The position numbers were made by a program, and so were the translations under genes. 64,000 nt of DNA. Source: Octopus vulgaris. Taxonomy: Eukaryota. The stretch covers positions 4,650,001 to 4,714,000 of the forward strand of contig OX597823.1 in NCBI GenBank assembly GCA_951406725.2, written 5' to 3'. Shown here one piece after another: positions 26,801-37,743 of this stretch (its first letter is position 1; every line of letters begins with the position of its first letter). A model generated the notes under the pieces. It was not told where the DNA came from. It ran no database searches and worked only from the letters and a program-made list of their open reading frames with translations.

Positions 26801-29800
26801 TGACATAAAGGACACCTGATCGTAGATGTCAAAACATGAAACAAGCTGCAACACAAAGCGCAGTGTAACAGTAAGAAAAGTATTCCAAGTTGGTCAATGG
26901 CTCAACCTGCCACTTAATATCCGGGCCACCACTCGTAGTTAAGTACTTAATGACACCTAACGAGGTTAAAAAGCAACCTAACGATTTTCCGTCAAGCACT
27001 TGCTGGTTTATTCACACCATTTATTTAAGACATACCAAACAAATGCAAACAATCAAACTAGATTCACATTAGTTTCACACAAAAGTTTTCAGATTTATTG
27101 AGCACAGAATTTGAAACTTAAGCGAACATTTTCAAATTTGGTGCATTTATGTAAATTTTCATGCCAAATCCAATTTTTTCTTGCATGGCCAGTTACTTCA
27201 GCACAGAATGAACTGTTGCAGTGTAAACAGAAAAAGGATATGTCACAGAGCCTTAAAGAATACACTACAATTTTACTCAAGATGACCAGTCAAAAGAACC
27301 CTGCTAAAAGATCTGTCTTCACCCACTGACTACTTCAATGACCCTTGTATCATTCACGTTTCATTGTACAACATAGGATTATACTCCCCCATCACCACCA
27401 TCCGCTCAAGCTTTTCCTTACCTCACCTCTCTAAAAGCCCAACTTGTTCTATTCACAAGGCAACTCACTATTGCTGCTCCAACACATTACAAAGAATTAT
27501 GCAGCCATAAAAACCATGAGCAAACACATTCGAGCAACCAGACCATCCAACCCACAACAACAAAGAAAGCAAATATAAAATGAAAATTGCACTCCCTACT
27601 GAATCGGAGTTAAATTGTATTCGACTGCAGTTAATCGATCCGTCCACGCCGAAAAGTTTGGATTTGTGTTCAAAGTCCCCAGAAAACTATCCAGTAATTG
27701 CATAGACAGGCTGACGTAAAGAATACGCACACCACCCGTTTTCTGCGTAACCCTAAGCACAGAGTGAACGCATTTCTTTTGAATTTCGCCCAGAGGCAAT
27801 CTTAGTTAATTCATTAACAACAGTTATAGAGTAACTCACAATATTTAGTAAAGCGCAAGTGACTAACGTTAGCTTCCCCAGAATTACGCAATACAAGAAA
27901 AATATTTTACGATTAAAGAACAAAAATTTCTTAAAAGAAATACTTTTTAATTCAGTGTTTTTTTCGGGGGAGGGGGGGGGGGTGCTCCGTAACTATATTT
28001 AGAGTAGAAAGAAGCTTTCTAAAAACGCCTCTCACTTCAAAAATTCAACACTTCAAGAGTGAGCAAAACGTATATAGATGTGGATGAGCCAACGACACAC
28101 AGTGAGCAAATCCTAACTTCGGCAGCAAGCCGTCTCTTTCTAGCTACCAGTGTAAAGCCCACGACCAGTCTACATCCATCGACTGGCATTGAAATGAAGA
28201 GACTTTTAACTGGCACCCCGCGAATAATTCTCCCTCGTAGGCTTCGGCAACATGCTGTCCCCACGTCAAACAATACAGCAACACAGTGGTTCGGCACAAC
28301 TACCGACTTCCCTTAATACATCTTTTGATGAAATTGTGCAGAGATACACGATCGCCGTTTCTAAACTTACTCAACTGTGGGCCACACTGGAGCACTGCAT
28401 TGTCGAGGCTTTACTCGATCAGATCAACCAGATCGAGTAGTGAGTATAAAACCGGCGCTAGAACAGAACATCGCTTGTCAGGCGACAAGAAACACCGAGA
28501 CTCAGCAATTCTCATCTACCAATTTCAACTTTGTCACCTAATGGACACTCTTCTACAACTTGCTCAAGATCGTCGCGCACAGAAATTAGCATTTCCTTCG
28601 TTACCCATAGTTTGAAAAGTGCAATAAATAATTAACCAGTTAACATCACAATTGACCAAAAGGCCAGAACTAAAATCGCTGCCACACACAAATGCAGGCA
28701 TTGGTGAAATTTTGCACACGTTGTCGATGGTGTACATTATAATTGGGCATTCTTTCGATATAACATTTCACTTGGGGTATTTCCGTGGAAGCAAATGACG
28801 GTTCGATTCTGCTTTCTGCTTGGAAATTTGCGGATTTTAAATACACACATGAAACAGGCGAGTAGAAATATGCAAGGCTTTTTTTTCGTCAAGTTTAAAA
28901 TGAGACATTGCTGGCATAATCTCGTTATATCCATACTCGACAACCAACGGAAATACCCAAAATGAAATGTTTTGATCTTGTTGAGTTATATCGAAAGAAT
29001 GCCTTATAATTGATAAAGGTTTAGAAATTCGTACGCGTTTCGGAATATTCATTTTGTTTTTTCAAATATGGAGTATCAGCATAGCTCCATTCAAAACATG
29101 AAACACTACAAGTCTGCAGGATGAGGAAACCAGCAGGAATCCTGCTCTCAGACTAACAAAGCAACGCGAAAACTGCGATTCTTCTCGGATCAGGTCTTGT
29201 AAGAGTTCTCTCCCCTCGCAAGACACAAAACTGGCGCGGAAAAAGCAAAACACGGGGCAACCTAGGTTGAAACCCCACCGAAATATCCTTTCTCGTGTTA
29301 TGGGGAAACAGAGAAGGAAATATAATACTGTATGGTGGGTACTACAGCAGAGGAAACTTCGGTAACCTACTTTATTTCTGAACTATGCTAGAGAGGACGT
29401 GAAATCGATGAAGAGCCAGATGTTGAAATACACTTCCACGTGTCATACATTTTATGAATCAAAAGCGATCGACTATTTTATTGATGCTGTTAAATCAGTT
29501 TTTAAACAGAATGTAGATTTATGCTAATATTATCAAGAATCTAAAAGATATTATTTCAGTTAATGATTATAAATTGAAACTGGAAAATCATCGCCAGTGA
29601 TCGTAAAATCCTTCCACGTGGTCCGAACTACGGCAATACAAATAACGATAGCATCAACACAAAAAGAAAGGAAAATACAAATTATAATCCAAGACAGTAA
29701 TATTAATTATGAAACTAAATTAGATATTCTTGAAAATCACTTACATGGCCAGTAAGGTTCAACTGCTACATTTGCTGCTTTTAAGATCGTGTTGATTTTG

Positions 29801-30045
29801 TCAGCCTAGAGAAAAATTAAGTGGATTTAGAAAATAACTGGAAATCATATCAGAGTAAGGCTTTTAAATTTAGTTTATAAGCAGGAGAGAATAAAAATAA
29901 CGAAGAAAAGAGAGAAAAAGAGGGAGAAAATGGCGAAACAAACACACATGGGTTGTGAAGGAAAGAAACTTACAGTGACTGTAACTTGATCATCAGCGAG
30001 AATTAATGCAGCATAAACGCATGCCAGCTCGTTATTTGATGCCAT
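23833..30045 (-). CDS. RPLP1: 60S acidic ribosomal protein P1 (115 aa, 5 coding exons)
   Basis: Exons 30045-29974 (MASNNELACVYAALILADDQVTVT), 29805-29745 (ADKINTILKAANVAVEPYWP), 25934-25794 (SLFARALDGVDIKSMLSNIGS..AAAPAGG..), 24452-24393 (EEKKEEKKEESEESDDDMGF), 23846-23833 (GLFD*). All GT-AG, phases consistent, 348 nt, canonical P-protein C-terminus. AATAAA at 23803-23798. Confidence 0.97.
26096..26223 (-). ncRNA. Candidate intronic box H/ACA snoRNA in RPLP1 intron 2
   Basis: Sense to RPLP1: hairpin (ttgc..tagcga/tcgcta..gcaa), H box AGAATA, second hairpin (agc..gcttggt/accaggt..gct), ACA plus 3 nt; ~128 nt. Confidence 0.45.
28230..28600 (+). mobile_element. Possible decayed Ty3/gypsy gag remnant
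   Basis: Frameshifted segments ATQWF.., RYTIAVSKL.., TALSRLYSI..EHRLSGDKK loosely recall invertebrate gypsy gag (WF..RY..V..L..LK.AL..LGD.KPS). Confidence 0.3.
28746..29003. mobile_element. Mutator-like MITE in RPLP1 intron 2
   Basis: Perfect 19-bp TIR GGCATTCTTTCGATATAAC / GTTATATCGAAAGAATGCC with a perfect 9-bp TSD TTATAATTG. Confidence 0.85.
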
Positions 30046-30149
30046 TGTGTTTTTATGTAAAAAGTTTTGATTGATGATGAATTAGAATGGTGTACGTCGC
30101 CTGGATTCTGGCCTTAGCTCGTTGAGAACGGTACACTTCTAATGAAAGC

Positions 30150-30185
30150 AAGACCGGAAAGAGAACGACACGCCGTCACGTGATC
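30150..30185 (-). promoter_or_regulatory. RPLP1 TCT/5'TOP initiator and E-box
   Basis: Minus strand CTCTTTCC (30163-30156), the polypyrimidine initiator typical of ribosomal protein genes, with CACGTG at 30177-30182. Confidence 0.75.
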
Positions 30186-30346
30186 AAAAAAACAACACGA
30201 TACTGGTGTTCTCGTCTGATTAATATTTTTTTTAAATTGCTTTGTTTTAAAATATATTCCCAGCCAGTGCTTTAGATTTTAAAATCTAAATAATAAATTC
30301 CGGACATATGAAATAAAAGTGACTTTAAATATTTTGTTATTCCCGT

Positions 30347-30360
30347 GTAGCCATGGCAAT
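30347..30360 (+). promoter_or_regulatory. RFX X-box upstream of the C8orf34-like gene
   Basis: GTAGCCATGGCAAT versus the canonical palindrome GTTGCCATGGCAAC, ~120 bp upstream of the ATG at 30478. Confidence 0.6.
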
Positions 30361-30477
30361 TTGCTAAACCCACGCTACTCTTTGTAGTCCGTATTATATA
30401 TAAACAAACCTTCGACTTGTTATTTTAGTATATATTTTTGTGTATAATATACTGAATTTAATTTAGTACATTATACC

Positions 30478-30701
30478 ATGTTAACTCAGGCCCAAGTATA
30501 TATCGAGAAACATAAGATCACTGCGCTTTTTGAGGTAGCATATTTTTATATTATTTCAAAACCGCCCCAAAACGTCACCTTGCTGAATATGCTTTTGTTT
30601 TGTTGTTCTTTTATTCCTAATGGTTACGTCCTTAAGAGATTCTATCTCAGGACGATTACCGTAATTAATTGGGCTTTCAACGCTGAATCTTCTTCAAGTT
30701 G

Positions 30702-30744
<43 letters not shown>

Positions 30745-31460
30745 GATGCCTCTAAGCTCTTAGATGCGACATTATGACAACTTACTGATTGTCCTATATA
30801 TATATATATATATATGAATTCCTCTATTTACATAATATCGAGGTCTCATTCTTTTGTTGTCATTTTATTATTATTAATATATGTGTGTGTGTGTGTGTAT
30901 GCGTTGACATCTGCAAATGCACACCTTGCACGCTTCGTCAGTATTGTATCCAAGAGTCTTTCGATGTTTCGGGCCTTACAACGTCCATCTTCATCACGAC
31001 TTTTCTACGTTGTTCTTGATTTTTCTCCTTTTCATCTCTATAATACCCAAGGTTTCAAGGTCTTAAGCTATGACCCGCCGATTCTCTCTGTGTGTGTGTG
31101 TGTGTGTGAAGAAGCAGAAAAGCGTAAATTTCACAGGTAGAAAATGAATAACTTTCAACAGCCGTTTCATTGGGAATAGACGTCATTAATTTAAATGTGT
31201 AATTAAGATACATAATTGATTAATATAAATGAATTTAAATTAAATTAAATCTAAGCAATGTTTATATAAAGTGGATATGTTTTATTCTGAAAATGATACA
31301 TTTTGGGAACTGACTTAAGTAAAATAATAATAATAATGAAATTATTGTATACAGTGCTCAGGTGAACCACAACTTGTCAAAAAGTGCGTATAAAATCAGG
31401 TGTAGTGTTGGCGAATCCCAGGAAGCATGGAAGTTTTGAAGGATGCAGTGCTCCGACAAC

Positions 31461-31521
<61 letters not shown>

Positions 31522-34500
31522 TACACACACACATATAAAGTTAGCACAATCATGAGGATGTGGAAAAAGTATCACCTGTTCACGACATCATAAGAATTTA
31601 TAAACTTGAGTGAACGTGAAATACTTTTTTATGGAATGGTGGATCTTGAAGCAGATAACACTATAAATAATTGTGTGTAAATCATCATCATCATCATCAT
31701 CGATTTTGACTGAGGGCTGGTGAACCAGATGGCTGCACCAGGCTCCAGTCTTGATCTGGCAGTGTTCCTACAGCTGGATGCCCTTCCTAATGCCAACCAC
31801 TCCGAGAGGGTAGTGGGTGCTTTTTACGTGCCACCGGCACAGGTGCCAGTAAGGTGACGTTGGTAACGATCAGGCTCGAATGGTGCCCTTTTACGTGCCA
31901 CTGGCACGGAAGCCAGCTGGCTACTCTGGCAACGATCACGCTCGGATGATGCTCTTGGCACCCTACTAGCACGGGCACAAGTGCCAGTAAGGCGACATAT
32001 TGGTTTAAAAAACTTTTCAAATAGAAAAAAATCAAAGGCTGCCCATGAGACACGAATCCACATTGTCTGGATACATGCCAGATATTTTACCATTGAACCA
32101 AAGCAATCCTCCATCGTTTTCTCTATCCGTTTTCCATTATGAATTCTATGCTGAGATCTTAAGAATTTTTAAACTTCAAGAGAACATGAAATAATTCTTT
32201 TTCAGAGTGGTGAATCTTGAGGCAGATTAAGCTACAAATATAGTATGGTTGTGCTACTATTGATAAGTGCCCCAATGCACAAAAAACTTTGATTCCTCAG
32301 TCACTTTGTAACTTCTACTGATTATTAATAAAAAGCATAAATTATAGCATGTAAATATTGGAGTAAAAACACCCTTTCTAGATAGAAAAAGTTAAAGGTT
32401 ATCCCTGGGAGTCAAACTCCCATCTTCTGTAAACATGACAGGCATTTGGCCATCAGATACAGAATGTCAAAGGATTGTTTTGGTCCAAATGCAAGCATCA
32501 TCATCATCATCATCATCATTCAATGTCTGTTTTCCATGCTGGCATGAGTTGGATGGTTTGACAAGCCAGAGAGCTGTATCAGACTGAATTGTCTGTTTTG
32601 ACAAGGTTTCTATGGCAGGATGACCTTGCAAATGCTAACCACTTTACAGAGTGTACTGGGTCCTTTTTACTTGGTACTAGCATAGGTGCTTTTTACATGG
32701 CACCAGCATCAGTGGAGTTGCCATGTAACTTGCAAGACAAAGACCTCTCAGCTGAGAGAGGAAGCAGAACTGAGAAAAGAGACTGTGTGCCAGGCATGAG
32801 TTTAGAGCAGTGGTTCCCAAACTTTTTCAGGCTGCCACCCCCTTGGCTCTAAGGCCACATACCTAGTGCCTCCCCACCATCACAGACTTAGACCATTTTC
32901 TGCAGCAAATTTGAAACAATAGGATTTCAAAAGAAAACTTAACCTAATTAACCCTTTATTTATTTATTTTACATCTACCCCCCCCCCCTTTTTGGTCACC
33001 CCATTTTTCTTTGGATCTTTCGGCTGTCCCTCTCTCAGGTTGGGGGTGGGGTACCATCCACTTTGGTAACCACTGGTTTAGAGTATGATAGAGGAACAGA
33101 GATGGCTGTCTTACTATAGAGGAGATAATTGTCTACCCCTGTAGGACAAGGGAGAAGGAAGGTGGGAGAGAGTGAGACAGACAGTCAAAATGAGAGTGAG
33201 GGACAGAGAGAGAGAGAGAGCCTACAGTTGATAGTGACAGGTGTCCTGCTGTAAGGAAAATATATGGCCACAGTGCATCTGTGAGTGACCGGAAAGAGGG
33301 ATAAAGATGGTGAGAAGATCTAATTTTGAATATGCTGAAAAATGTATGTTTAATTTTTTTGCAGGAACTTATGAATAAACTGGTTCGAAATGCACCTGAA
33401 AATCCTATTATTTATCTCATCAAACAATTGTATAAAAAAGCAGGACTTGATATTCCATTCGTAAGTAAAAAAAAATTAAGATTTGGTATTTCATTTCATG
33501 TTGTTATAAAACATGGAGCTGGCTGTGTTGATAATCTGTGTAGTTGCCATGCGTTTTTGTTTTTGTGTCTGGGCTTAGATTAGATTATCTGTTTTGTTGA
33601 AATACACTCCTTTGTTTCAATTAATATTGAAAAATAATGAAGCATCTATAAAAATAATTATGCTACATGGTAGTGAAACATGGGCTGTGATTGCAAAGGA
33701 CAGACAAAGGCTTGAAAGAAATGAAACGAGTATGCTCTGCTGGATGTGCAATGTCAGTGTGCGTTTAGGACAAAGTGTTGTGTTTTGAGAGGAAAATTGT
33801 GTATAAGAGACATCAAATGTAGTGTGGAAGAGAGAAGACTGCACTGGTATGGTCATATGATGTGCATGGATGAAGACAGCTGCATGAAGAAGTGCCACTC
33901 TCTAAATGTTGAGGGAACCTGTGGAAGAAGAAGACAATGGAGATGATAAAACCTGGGATAATCAGCAATTGCTGTGCCTGGGGAGATCCTTTCAGCTCAG
34001 TAAAATTAGGGCGAGAAAGGTGTGTCCTTTATGTTCATGCCCCTGCACACAATCTGTCCCTGACAAACCTCACCCCCACATCCCATCTTTGCAATGCCTC
34101 CCCCTCCCTTCTATCTCCCACTGTACCTTGCAAACCTACCTACATCCAACATGTCCCTCAACTCTCCCCCTCACAACATATCTTTCTAATGTCCCCTTCC
34201 TCTACCTGTGCCCACTCACCGTATTCCACTCCCCTCTATCTCCCACTCTCCTTTTGCAATCTCATGACCCATCCACTCACCCTATCCAATCCCTTGTCAA
34301 CCTCACTATATACACCATCCTGTAACTTGAGTGTAAGCCCTGTCACATCTTTACTATCTTATCTCCCTCTCTCCTCTCTCTCTCTCTGTCTCTCTGTCTC
34401 TCCTCTCCTTTGTCTCTCTCTCTCTGTCTCTCCTCTCCTTTGTCTCTCTCTCTCTCTGTCTCTCCTCTCCTTTGTCTCTCTCTCTCTCTCTCTCTCACTC

Positions 34501-37500
34501 ACTCTCTATCTCTGTCCTCTCCTTTGTCTCTCTCCAACTGAGATAGTCTTATATCTCTCACTGCAACACACCTATTTCTTTCCCTCTATTCATACTCTAA
34601 CTTCTCATCACCTGAGCCACCTCCCTCAATATTTCCTTCCTTCTCTGTTGAAGGGGTCTTGTCTAACAAGTTACTGGATGACCACATTGCTGCTGGTATT
34701 ACACAAAAGGCACCCAATATACTTTGTAAAGTGGTTGCCTTTAGAAAGGGCATTCAGCTGTAGGAAATCCTGCCAAGGCAGACAGGACTTGGTGCAGTCT
34801 TCTGTCAAACCATCCAACCCATACCAGCAGGAAAGCAGGACGTTAAATGAAGATGATTTACACACACACACACACACACACACACTACATACACATATGT
34901 ACATTTTACTTTTCTAAGTTTAAAGCACCATCCGAACGTGGCAGTTGCCAGCGCTGCCTGACTGGCGTCCATGTCGGTGACACGTAAAAAGCACCAACCG
35001 ACCGTGGCCATTTGCCAGCCTCCTCTGGCCCCTGTGCCAGTGGCAAGTAAAAAGCACCCACTACACTTATGGAGTGGTTGGCGTTAAAAAGGGCATCTAG
35101 CTGTAGAAACATTGCCAGATCAGACTGGAGCCTGGTGCAGCCTCCAGGCTTCCTAGATCCAGGTTGAACCGTCCAACCCATGTTAGCATGGAAAATGGAC
35201 GTTAAACGATGATGATGATGATGAAATTTAAAATCTTTCTAGAAGGGGCTGGTGGGTCAATTTTCGCATTTCATTTCTCTGTGACTAATAAACCAACAAC
35301 CAATAACTTACTAGTTTTGCAACCGAATATAACTTAGAAAAAGGCATAACTGCTGTACTTTCCCATCTCATCTCTCTGTCACACTTCTAAGGCAGTGTAT
35401 GTGTCTAATTAAGAAACTGTTCTTTTATAGGAACTAAAATCAGTGACCGAACAACCCAGGAGAAATTCTTTAAATCTTAGTAAGTCTTCATTTTTCTTTA
35501 ATTTCATTTTTCTCCTGAATTGCATTTCTATTTTTCAATTCATTTTGAAAATGATTTCACATTAATTTATGTCCCAGATTAATAATGACAAACTTACTTT
35601 ACCAAATTCTTCATTATTTTCAAAATCAATTGAAAGAAAAGCAGTGTGCTTTAATAAAAATATGGTAAAAAAAAAAAGGGTTAAAGTTATTTAACTCTTT
35701 AGTGTTCAGATTATTCTATCAAACATAATGTCTATTGATTCCCATTGATTTGAATTAATCATGCATTATCTCATATCTTTAAGATCTTGATGGTGTAATT
35801 ACTTAATGTAGAATAACATTGTAGGGTAGGTGTGAGAGCCTGGATCTGGTCAGTTTGAACATAAAACAGATTAACTATTTTGGCCGGATATGGCCGGTTT
35901 GAATACTAAAGGGTTAAATTAAAAATATGTTAATTTATTTTCTAAGCTCCAGATTAATAACGACAGAGTTATATGTAATGAATAGCTTCCAAATTTCTAA
36001 GCCAGGATTCAAAACTAAATCTACATTTTTCTACAAGTTCTCTTCTTGTGATTTTGTGTTTTGCACTATGAAACCGACTGTCACTCCTAGTTAAGTTCTA
36101 TTGTTTAAGTTTGCTTTCTTGAGTTGAATAGGTTTCAGGCAGATGAAAGACAAAAAGTCCTTTGTCTAACCTGTCCTAAAACTATAAATATGCTGCCCCA
36201 AATGGGTTCTTCCTCTTTGGTTGCTCAGTCACCAGTTAAAGAGCATCTCTGCTTCTCAAGTCTGCCTTGTGTGACATCACAGCTCTTAGTCTTCCTCATC
36301 TCTAGAGATGAGGCTAAATTCATGCAGAATGGACTAAAGAACTAAAAATAATTTGTGTACCACAATTCAAACAACTCAAAGCAGTTGTAACTTATATTGT
36401 AACGATGACAATAACGAGCAATTTCAATTAACTATTGATATTTCTCTTCTCTCATTTATTTGCAACATATTTCCATTACACTCATGCACACACACATATT
36501 TGTTATTGTTGTTGTTGTTGTGTGGTATGTATTGAAATTGAATTTAAGATCTTTAATTTTTGTTGTCTCTTTTTTTTTTTTGTTTCCAGCTGTATTTGGT
36601 CACAGTTCTGAGATTGTTAGCAAATCCGTTGCCTTGGCATCTTGGTCAGCAAAACCAGGTAAAAGGATTTGCTGATTTTACATTGACTCTTTCGACATGT
36701 TATCTTACTATTAAATTAATAAATCATATTACTATTTAGACATATAGTTACTATTTAGGAAGGGCATCCAGCTGTAGAAACACTGCCAGATCTGACTGGC
36801 CTGGTGCAGCCTTCGGGCTCCCCAGACCCCAGTTGAACCGTCCAACCCATGCTAGCATGGAAAACGGACGCTAAATGATGATGATGATGATGATGATTGC
36901 TATTTAGACATATAATTACTATTTAGATATATTATATTGCTATTATACTAAATTATATCATATTATATTATGTAACTAGATGCAGGGGTGGCTGTGTGGT
37001 AAGAAGCTACAGCAGTACATATTCTAAAATTGGAACAATCCAGAGAAGATTAGCATGGCCCCTGCATATGGATGACTCACAAATTCGTGAAGCGTTCCAT
37101 ATATTTAAAGGCAGCAAGCTGGCAGAAACATTAGCACGCTGGGCGAAATGCTTAGCAGCATTTTGTCTGCCGCTACATTCTGAGTTCAAATTCCACCAAG
37201 GTCGACTTTGCCTTTCATCTTTTCGGGGTCGATCAAATAAGTACCAGTTACACACTGGGGTCGATATAATCAACTTAATCCGTTTGTCTGTCCTTGTTTG
37301 TCCCCTCTGTGTGTAGTCCCTTGTGGTTCTGGGTTCAGCAGCCTCAGGCAGACCAAAGGCTAGTGGATTTGGTAGATGGAAACTGAATCTGTGTTTGCCA
37401 ACTATCAGTTGACAACTGATGTTGGTGTGTTTACGTTCCTGTAACTTAGTGACTCGCTCAAAGATACCGATAGAATAAGTACCAGGCTTACAAAGAATAA

Positions 37501-37692
37501 GTCCTGGGATCGATTTGAGCATGACCACAGTCAGATGACTGAAACAAGTAAAGAGAAAAGAGGCTATTTAGATCAGTTATTTCATGGTGTGTGTGTGTAT
37601 ATATATATATATGCATATATGTATATATATATATATATACATATATGCATATATATACAGCCTTCTGTCGTTTTTTCACTCTTTACTATTTT

Positions 37693-37743
<51 letters not shown>

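Noticed and set aside
27670-29260. AAAGTCCCC and ACACGGGGC as RNase MRP P4 halves
   Set aside because: They are ~1.6 kb apart and the other conserved regions are missing; likely chance.
30950-31000. Minus-strand hammerhead-like motif (atgaaga-tggac..gccc-gaaac)
   Set aside because: The core C is missing, stem II is mismatched and there is no NUH triplet; at most a dead remnant.
33937-34917. Longest ORF in the track (326 aa)
   Set aside because: It runs through a CT microsatellite and repeat tails; low-complexity L/S/C/P sequence, intronic, not a gene.
37006-37106. Functional U6 snRNA gene
   Set aside because: Mutated ACAGAGA box, many substitutions and no upstream promoter; kept as a pseudogene.
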